A DNA stretch of 60,728 nt, filler included. It is 7 parts of 7 records of this genome, joined end to end, with 100 filler letters (N's around TTAATTAATTAA, not from the genome) between each part and the next. Parts side by side here need not be neighbours in the genome. Positions count along the whole stretch, not along the records: positions 43,926 to 54,867 come from SRR31147125_43084; positions 54,968 to 60,728 come from SRR31147125_43119; 5 more parts are not named here. The stretch is one strand, 5' to 3'. Below, in pieces: positions 53,514 to 60,728 of the stretch (position 1 is its first letter; every line of letters begins with the position of its first letter). The notes under the pieces were generated by a model. It saw only the letters and a list, made by a program, of their open reading frames with translations, had not been told where the DNA came from and did no database searches. Made by a program: the position numbers and the translations under genes.

Positions 53514-54867
53514 TGATACGTTTCTCCTTTGAACGCGTCTTTCAGCGTAAACCGCGTGTACGCATTAATCGAACCGTACAGGGCAAAAAACTCATTGAGG
53601 ACGCAGCCGAATAGGTAGAAATCACCGTCACCGGCGAAATGGTCGCTTCGGGCACTCACTGCTATATCCTGTCCTCGAAGGATCAGTGAGTGCAGCAACC
53701 GGTCTGACGGTTGCGCTGTTACACTTTCGATTCCCTCTATTCGATTCCTATTTGCCAGCAGGCCACTGCGATCACGGGTATCGGTAAAGAGGTAGACGTT
53801 GAGCAGCGCCTTCAGGTTTTCACTGCTCGACAATGAAACACAGTTGAGGTTCAGGTGCGCCAGCAGCCTCCAGAGCATCCCCCTTCCCAGCGGTGGATAG
53901 ACTCCCGGAGTCGGTTGGGAGATGTTGGCGAAATCGGCGAATTCGGGAGAACTGCTCGTAGCATGTGAGATATCACCGATTCGCAGATTCTCGGGCAGGT
54001 CCCCGTTGGTGCAGACCAGCTTCAGGGAAAGGGTTTCCCTGACCGGCATCACACTGTCCTCCGGATAGGATACCTGGATGTAGCTGTCCGCCCCCGGTCT
54101 TACCGGTGACTTTTTCAGCGAGACCTGGTACACCGGAGTTCCTGCCGTATCCGAAGAAAAATAGTTGAAATGCTTGTAGTTTCTCTCCTGGGCCGAGCCC
54201 TGGATGTAGCCTCTCACGTCGTCGATCGAATACACCTGATAGTGGCGGCCGTTCGATGAGGACGGCCTGACCATGTATTCGCTCTGTCTGTGGTCTACCC
54301 TGATCGGGTCCGACTCGAACGGGAACAGGTTGATAATCGGCGTCGCGAATAGCCTGAAATGCTCTTTCTTTATGCGAATCCCCACCTGATGGGATGGATC
54401 AAGTTCCAAAATGATCTCGAACCGATTCTCCTGACTGCTTCTCCCCCAATTCTCGAGTCCTTCGATATCGACGAAAAGAAATTTCTGCGGAAAAATGAAG
54501 TACTCCTGCAGCAGTCGATAAGCCGGGAAGGAATGGGAGGGATAGGGAATAACATTCTGGCCGGCTGAAAAACCAACCGGTTTGATACAGTCCGCCCCGT
54601 TTACTTTGAGTATTTCATCCGCTGCGGTAGTAACAATCACCCTGTTCACCCGCTGCCGGATAAGCAAATAGTTCGCAGACGCCTCACTCAAATCCCCGCC
54701 CAGGTGCAGCCGCAGGGAACCGGGGTGCCATGCGTCCATGGTTAACCCGTTCAGTTCAAACTGCAGCCGGATACACGAAGGTTTGCCCGATGTTTCGACG
54801 TAATCCGCGCCGGTGAGTTCGAGCGGGTGAATTTCGGTTTCATAGCAGGTCCTGAACAGACAGCTGG
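53477..54867 (-). CDS. tssF: T6SS baseplate subunit TssF, 5'-truncated
   Basis: YRLLQEYFIFPQKFLF; TPIINLF; CTNGDLP; WRLLAHLNLN; YGSINAYT; WPARTG. Confidence 0.93.
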
Positions 54868-54967
54868 NNNNNNNNNNNNNNNNNNNNNNNNNNNNNNNNN
54901 NNNNNNNNNNNTTAATTAATTAANNNNNNNNNNNNNNNNNNNNNNNNNNNNNNNNNNNNNNNNNNNN
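54868..54967. other. Artificial contig linker
   Basis: N44-TTAATTAATTAA-N44. Confidence 0.98.
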
Positions 54968-55431
54968 CCCCTGGAGCGCGCCTGCTCCACGATACGACGG
55001 CTGAAGGGGCTGTATGGCAACATGGAGAAGGTCAGCGGTACCTCCATGGCCATGAATTGGTCGGCAATGTGCTGGTCATATCCGATATCGTCGATGATGA
55101 TCGCCACGAGGGGTGGCCGGTCTCCGGGCAGTTGCGGCAGACGGGTGACCGGTTTGGCCGGTGGGCGGCTCTTGGAAAACACCTCGTAGGCCGGCTTCGG
55201 GACCTTGGGTGATACCGTCGGGGGCACGGGATGAGGGCTCTCCGGCCGTATGGCGGCACTGCTGTGGTCGGCCGGCGCGCCGATGAGCCATTTGGCGGCA
55301 ACGCCCGCACCGAGCACGAGCGCCACCAGCAGGACCAAACTGCCGAAGATCTTGATAAGTTGGATCGTTAGATCGGGACCCTTCTTCGATCGTTTTTTGC
55401 GCCGCTTGGTTCTGGTACCTTTTTTAACCAT
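54968..55431 (-). CDS. Divergent polysaccharide deacetylase family protein (YibQ-like), 3'-truncated
   Basis: Basic N-terminus, TM helix, Pro-rich linker, VAIIIDDIG, PLTFSMLP; usual position after ctpA. Confidence 0.88.
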
Positions 55432-56772
55432 TGCCCAGTTTCTTGAAAATGTCGTAGCCGATCAAAATGTCCAGGGCCCTTCGAACCTGGCTGTCCTTCA
55501 TCAACTGCTCTGCACTCAGGGGCTCAATCGCGTTCTGACGGCGTCGTCGGTTTTTTTGTCCTTTTTCTTCTCTTTGGAGGGATCCGTTTCCTTCTCGCCG
55601 CTTTCGGCATCAAGGTGGTTGGCCAGATCTTTCTCCTTGAAGAGGCGATCCGCCTCCACGGCTTCATCCTCGATAATCTGGCGCGCAACGATGATATCGG
55701 GTTCAACCCCCTTGGCCTGGATTGATCGGCCGCTGGGAGTGTAGTAACGGGCAATGGTCAGTTTCAAGGCATAGCCGTCACTGAGTGATTCGATGGATTG
55801 CACCGAACCCTTGCCGAAAGAGGTGGTGCCGATGAGAATCGCACGCTTGTGGTCCTGCAGCGCACCGGCCACGATTTCAGAGGCGTTGGCGCTGCCGCCG
55901 TTGATCAAAACGGCTATTGGATAGGTTCGCGGCGGGTTGCTCTTGGTGGCCGGATAGATTTTGGTGTGCCGTTTGAGCCGGCCCTTGCTGGACATGATGG
56001 TGCCTTCATCGATGAAAAGGTCCGAGATATCGATGGCCTGGTTGAGCACGCCGCCGGGGTTGTCGCGCAGGTCCAGGACGAGGCCCTTGAGCGGCGGATC
56101 GGCCTTCTCCAACTTTTTAAGCGCCGCCACCAGATCGTCGAAAGTGTTTTCACGGAAGTGGGTAACCCACACGTAGCCGTATCCGGGTTGCAGCTGGGTC
56201 GATTTGACGCTGTGGATCGGAATCACATCCCTTATCAGGTTGAAATCCAGCGGCTTCGATTCACCTTCGCGAATGACGGTGATGGTCACCTTGGTGTTTT
56301 TGGGGCCCCGCATCCGCTTGACTGCATCGGTCAGGTTGTCTGTGGGGGTGCCGTCCACCTTCACGATCTTGTCCCCTGCCAGGATACCGGCTCTGTAAGC
56401 TGGTGTCCCCTCGATGGGGGAGATGACCGTCACCAGGTTGTTGCGCATGGTGACGTGGATCCCGATGCCGGTGAATTCTCCCTGGGTATCGATCTGCAGC
56501 TCCTTAAAGGCGTCCGGGGTGAGCAGGGATGAGTGGGGGTCGAGGCTGTTCACCATACCCTGGATGGCATTTTCAATCATTTTCTGCTCGTCGACTTCAT
56601 CGACATAGTTTTTTTCAACGATGTCGATGACATCTGAAAATATTTTGAGGCCTTTATATGTCGCGTCTCGATCGGCGGCAAGATTGCGGTAGGCGCCGGG
56701 CAGGAAAAGGGCGGCGGCGATGGCGATGATGCCGACCCATACCCAACGGTAGCTTTTACGGGATTTATGCAT
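55424..56772 (-). CDS. ctpA: Carboxyl-terminal processing protease, S41A (PDZ); frameshift near the 3' end (G4 55519-55522 or T7 55551-55557)
   Basis: LDPHS, FTGIGI, DLRDNPGG, SANASEI, FGKGSVQ, YYTPSGRSIQ; the shifted frame supplies the expected tail DSQVRRALDIL..LGNG* ending at 55424. Confidence 0.88.
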
Positions 56773-56783
56773 TCGAGGCTCTC

Positions 56784-58203
56784 CTATCCTTTATTGATCC
56801 ATTCCAGCGGATCGATTGGTTTGCCGTGGTGGCGGATTTCAAAGTGCAGCGCCGGGCCCATCAACGAACCGGAATCACCTACAGTTGCAATCACTTCGTC
56901 TTTGTCAATGCGGTCGCCTTTGACCTTGAAGACCTCTTCCAGATGGGCGTAGACCGTATAGTAGTGATTGCCGTGGTCGATGATCAACATGTTGCCGAAC
57001 CCTTTAAACCAGCTCGAGTAGATGGCGTATCCATCCGAGACGGCCCGGATCGGCTCTCCCCGCTCAGCGCGGATGTTGATGCCGCTCTGAAAGTTGACCA
57101 GTTTTGCCTTCTCATCCCGGTAAGGTCCGAAAAACGAGATGATCTTACCCTTTACCGGCCAACTGAGCAACCCTTTGTCTGCTTCGAAGGGGCGGTTTCC
57201 GTCGGCTGAACCGCCTGTTTTGGGTGGTGCAACCCTCGCCTCTGCCGGTTTGAAAGAGGCCATGGTGCTGTCCAGCGCCTTTGCCGCCTGATGCAACGAT
57301 TTGAAGGCTGCCTGCTCCAACTCCTTGCGGCCGCGGATTTTTTTCAGCAGTGTGGTGCGTTTATGCTGCTCGTTGTCCAGTACGGCAATACGTCGGCTCA
57401 GTTCGATCTCCAGCGCTTTTTCGGCCCGCTTGGTGTTGAGCTGTTCCAACAGTGACTCCAGCGCCGTCTGGTCGGCGCGCAGCTTTTCAAGCACAGCCTC
57501 ATCCTGGGAGAGGATGCGCTCGAGGGAGGATTTGCGTTGGATGAAGTCGTAAAAGAACCAGCTGTGGCCAATAGCTGCACCCTTCCAATCCAGTTGAGCT
57601 TATAGAGGGCTTTCAGTCGCCGGGATGCATAGGCCTGACCGGATGCGATCTCCTTCTCCAGAGCAGCATACTTGTTCTCGATCGCCTTCGTTCTCTGCTG
57701 CAACTCCTCCAGTCCGCGTCGGGTTGCACGAACCTGACGCCGGTGTCGGTCGAGGGCCTGTTCCGATGCATTGATCTTATCGATCACGGCCTGCTCTTTG
57801 CGGGTCACTTCATCGAGCTGGCGCCGGGACGCTTCGAGCTTCCCTTTGAGGGTTTCGGCCTCGTGCTGCATCTCCTTTAGCGCTTTCGGTTCAACGCCCT
57901 GGGCCGCATCGACGGATCGCCCGGCCGACTCGTCGATGGTGGTCAGTCGGACAAAGCGTCGGTTGTCCAGAATGTAGCCCGTCGTGCCGGCGTGATCGAT
58001 CTTCAGCCAGCCCTTTTCGCGGCCCAGCACCCGGACCCGGCTCTCCTTGGTCAGGCGCATCACCACGCGATAATTTTTCCCGGACCCGAACGCATGTTCA
58101 GATCCGATACCCGCACCATACCCACTTCGGCCGCCATGGCGCTGCCGAGCCACAGCAGCAGGCTGCCGAGGATAAGGATGATATGGGGAGGGCGGGTGGT
58201 CAT
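56784..58203 (-). CDS. envC: Murein hydrolase activator EnvC-like (SH3b, coiled coil, degenerate M23); frameshifts at T5 58074-58078 and A4 57551-57554
   Basis: ATG 58203 overlaps the ftsX stop (ATGA); signal peptide; LNMRSGPG SH3b; WPVKG, GFGNMLIIDHG, YAHL, LHFEIR; HxxxD replaced by QSGIN. Confidence 0.85.
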
Positions 58204-59075
58204 TTTAAAAACTGCTTCAGCGATATCCAGCATCCCAGCCAGCCCACCAGGGTGCCTCCGGTGATGATCAACAGGCAGATGGTGGCGGGGAAAAAGCGCA
58301 GGGTCATCAGTCCACTGGCCAGGCTTGGTTGAAAATGGCTGGTCAAAGAGAAATAGCCGACATAGAGCACGGCCAGTCCGATCAGGGTGCCCAGGCCACC
58401 CTGAATCATGCCTTCGAGGTAGAAGGGAATTTTGATAAACCGGTCGGTGGCGCCCACCAGTCGCATGATTTCGATCTCATCGCGTCGCGAATAGAGCACC
58501 AGGCGAATTGTGTTGGCCACGATGAAAACGGTGGCCATGAAGAAGAGGGTTCCTATACCGTAGCCGGCGATACTGAACAGGTTGATGATATTGGTGAAGC
58601 GTTGAATCCACTGCTGGCCGTACTCCACCTCTTCGACAGCCGCCAGCGTTTGAATGCGTTCGGCCAGAAACTGCAGTTCGTCGCTGTCACGGGAGGCCGC
58701 CTGCAGGGTGACTTCAAAAGCATCGGGCAGCGGGTTCTCCCTGAGGTTCTCCAGCAGGGCCGAGTGGTGAGGCATCTGGCCCTTGAGTCGATCCATCGCC
58801 TCCTCTTTGGAGATGTAGACAGCCTCCTGTACGCCGGCGATGCCCTGCAGCCTGAATTTGGTGTCGAGGCGGGCCGCCTCCGAGGTGTCGGGCTTCAGGT
58901 AGACCATCATGCGGATACCCTTCTGCCACTGGGTCAGCAGGTCTCCGGCATTGACGAAAAAGAGGGCGAAAGCAGAGGCGATCAATATGGAAAGGGCGAT
59001 GGTCACCACCGTTATGGCGGTCAGGAAGCGATTCTCTTTGATGTCGTTGATGGCGCGTCTGAAAAACCGTTTCAT
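58200..59075 (-). CDS. ftsX: Cell division permease-like protein FtsX
   Basis: ENPLPDAF; NTIRL...RRDEIEIMRLVGAT..FIKIPFYLEG. Confidence 0.95.
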   Translation of the reverse strand: MKRFFRRAINDIKENRFLTAITVVTIALSILIASAFALFFVNAGDLLTQWQKGIRMMVYLKPDTSEAARLDTKFRLQGIAGVQEAVYISKEEAMDRLKGQMPHHSALLENLRENPLPDAFEVTLQAASRDSDELQFLAERIQTLAAVEEVEYGQQWIQRFTNIINLFSIAGYGIGTLFFMATVFIVANTIRLVLYSRRDEIEIMRLVGATDRFIKIPFYLEGMIQGGLGTLIGLAVLYVGYFSLTSHFQPSLASGLMTLRFFPATICLLIITGGTLVGWLGCWISLKQFLK

Positions 59076-59090
59076 CTCTGATTCAGATTC

Positions 59091-59777
59091 CTATGCTGAC
59101 TCATTTGACCACAACTGGCCGTCACGCAAATTCACGATTCGCGAGTTGCTGCGTTGGAGTAACGTTTTGTCGTGGGTGGCCACGATCACCGTGGCGCCGC
59201 GGGTATGAAACGCGTCCAGGTAGTCCATGATGACACCGGCGGCCTCTTCGTCCAGGCTGCCGGTGGGTTCGTCCGCCAGTATGATCTTGGGGTCACCCAC
59301 AGCCGCCCTTGCCACGGCCACGCGCTGCTGCTCCCCACCGGAAAGGCTCTGCGGCAGCGCGCTCATGCGATCCTCCATGCCGACAGTGCGCAATACGCTC
59401 CTCACCTTCTTGTCGATCAGGCGCGGCTTGCGGCCGGCCGCCTCCAGCACCAGGGCCACGTTTTCGTAAACTGTTTTGGTGGGGATCAATTTATAGTCCT
59501 GGAAGATGATGCCGAATTTGCGCCTCAGCAGGGGGATGCGGCCGCGGCCGATGCGCGACAGGTTCATGCCGTCGATCAGCACCTGGCCCTCTGAGACCGG
59601 CTCGCCCAGGTAGAGCAGTTTGAGCAGGGTGGTCTTACCCGCCCCGCTGCGGCCGGTGACGAATAGAAATTCATTTTTGGATATATCGAGGGTAACGTCT
59701 TTAAGGGCGAATTTTTTGCCGTATCGTTTGTGGATATGGAACAGTCGTATGATGGCATCATTGTTGGTCTGGATCAT
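59091..59777 (-). CDS. ftsE: Cell division ATP-binding protein FtsE
   Basis: GRSGAGKTT; FQDYKL; LSGGEQQRV; ADEPTG; ATHD; directly upstream of ftsX. Confidence 0.95.
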   Translation of the reverse strand: MIQTNNDAIIRLFHIHKRYGKKFALKDVTLDISKNEFLFVTGRSGAGKTTLLKLLYLGEPVSEGQVLIDGMNLSRIGRGRIPLLRRKFGIIFQDYKLIPTKTVYENVALVLEAAGRKPRLIDKKVRSVLRTVGMEDRMSALPQSLSGGEQQRVAVARAAVGDPKIILADEPTGSLDEEAAGVIMDYLDAFHTRGATVIVATHDKTLLQRSNSRIVNLRDGQLWSNESA

Positions 59778-60086
59778 GTGTCCCAGTGTCCCACACCGGT
59801 CATGCCGGTGTTGATGGTGAGAAACAAACCTGTATGGTGAATAGGGTTCAATTGCCAACGCTTGATATATTGGCGGCGATCGGTTGAACCGGTTGACCGT
59901 TGCAGGCTTCCCTGTTAAGAAAACGGCTGAGTTCGAGGAGTGCTGTCCCCAGTTTTCCTTGCTCTGCCTCCGCTGAAACCCATTAAACGGCTTCTTCCAA
60001 TCAGTGGAGGCATTTTTATCTCATAAGTGCTCTAAAATCAAGCACTTCTTGCAAGTGGCGCTGTGCAAACCAAGCTGGAGCGAAAA

Positions 60087-60644
60087 ATGAAAGCAGAACT
60101 GATCGCCCTTTTGTGTGAAAAATCTTTCAAATACTCATCCGAACCGACCTTCAAGTTGGTATCGGGGCGAATGAGCCATTTCTATGTCAACTGCAAACCC
60201 ACCATACTCAACCCCCGGGGGATGTATCTGGTGGGCCATTTGATGGCGGCCGCCATCGAGGATCTCAATCCCGACGGTGTTGGCGGACTCACCTTCGGCG
60301 CCGATCCCATCGCCATGGCCACCGCCTTTGCGTCGGAACTGAAGGGGCGGCCGGTGCAGGCGTTTTCCATTCGCAAGGAGAAGAAGGATCACGGCATTGC
60401 GCGCTGGATCGAGGGGGATCTGGCATCCGGCTCGCGGGTGGTGGTGATCGATGACGTTGCTACCACGGGCGGATCGACCATCAAAGCGATCGAGCGCGCC
60501 CGCGAAGAGGGGCTGGAGGTGGTACGATCTTTGGTGCTGGTGGATCGTCAGGAAGGCGGGCTGGAAAATATCCGCAAGCATGTGGACGATGTGCGGGCCC
60601 TGATTACGCGTGATGAACTGATGGCGCATATCGGGAAAGATTAG
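60087..60644 (+). CDS. pyrE: Orotate phosphoribosyltransferase
   Basis: [49 protein letters not shown]. Confidence 0.95.
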   Translation: MKAELIALLCEKSFKYSSEPTFKLVSGRMSHFYVNCKPTILNPRGMYLVGHLMAAAIEDLNPDGVGGLTFGADPIAMATAFASELKGRPVQAFSIRKEKKDHGIARWIEGDLASGSRVVVIDDVATTGGSTIKAIERAREEGLEVVRSLVLVDRQEGGLENIRKHVDDVRALITRDELMAHIGKD

Positions 60645-60703
60645 ATTTTTGGCTCAACTGCAGAGGTTGTGATCCGGCGAGATTATAGACCGCGTCGTAA
60701 TGC

Positions 60704-60728
60704 GCAGGGGCACGATGCATCGTGCCCC
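60704..60728. repeat. REP-like palindrome (GTAG-family-like)
   Basis: Perfect 22-bp palindrome GGGGCACGATGCATCGTGCCCC beginning within GCAG, at the window edge. Confidence 0.6.

Noticed and set aside
10320..54967. Recurrent TTAATTAATTAA motif flanked by N runs (six copies), and any apparent gene linkage across them
   Set aside because: Identical 100-nt artificial linker that truncates genes on both sides; not a biological repeat, and adjacent contigs need not be neighbours.
57060..57100. Missing HxxxD zinc motif in the M23 domain as inactivation
   Set aside because: A degenerate LytM site is the expected state for EnvC, which activates amidases rather than cutting peptidoglycan.
59780..60060. 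6S RNA or SRP RNA in the ftsE-pyrE intergenic region
   Set aside because: Hairpins are present but I could not see the diagnostic motifs or the usual gene context; kept only as unassigned structure.

Overview
This window is not one locus. It is seven contigs joined by an artificial 100-nt spacer (N44-TTAATTAATTAA-N44), so synteny across spacers means nothing. Gene content suggests Desulfobacterota/deltaproteobacteria (inference), and base composition differs enough between contigs that they may come from different organisms. A (1-10319): Ser/Asp-rich lipoprotein, glpD and a glycosylation cluster, then a partial serine hydrolase. B (10420-17347): USP fragment, Fe/B12-type ABC importer, DUF3450-ExbB-ExbB-ExbD, with two copies of a ~120-bp dispersed palindromic element. 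C (17448-27573): pstSCAB-phoU, MCP, GGDEF and HD-GYP genes. D (27674-33636): AT-rich island with an SF1 helicase-DUF2726 gene, a metallophosphoesterase, a small protein resembling the phosphoesterase's C-terminal tail, and an NT5C-type nucleotidase. E (33737-43825): cheX, a tandem-CheC/pseudo-receiver protein, a sigma54 activator and rhamnosyl/multidomain glycosyltransferases. F (43926-54867): T6SS tssF-tssG-tssH-vgrG-DUF2169-pentapeptide. G (54968-60728): ftsE-ftsX-envC-ctpA-deacetylase with a divergent pyrE. Twelve genes or sites are split by single-base indels in homopolymer runs, most likely sequencing error, and I rejoined them by hand. The best candidate for an undescribed system is the contig D island. 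Other notable points are a CtpA with Asn at the catalytic Ser position, a mosaic vgrG, and a giant glycosyltransferase with coiled-coil ruler-like repeats. All product calls come from motif recognition by eye; no database searches were run.
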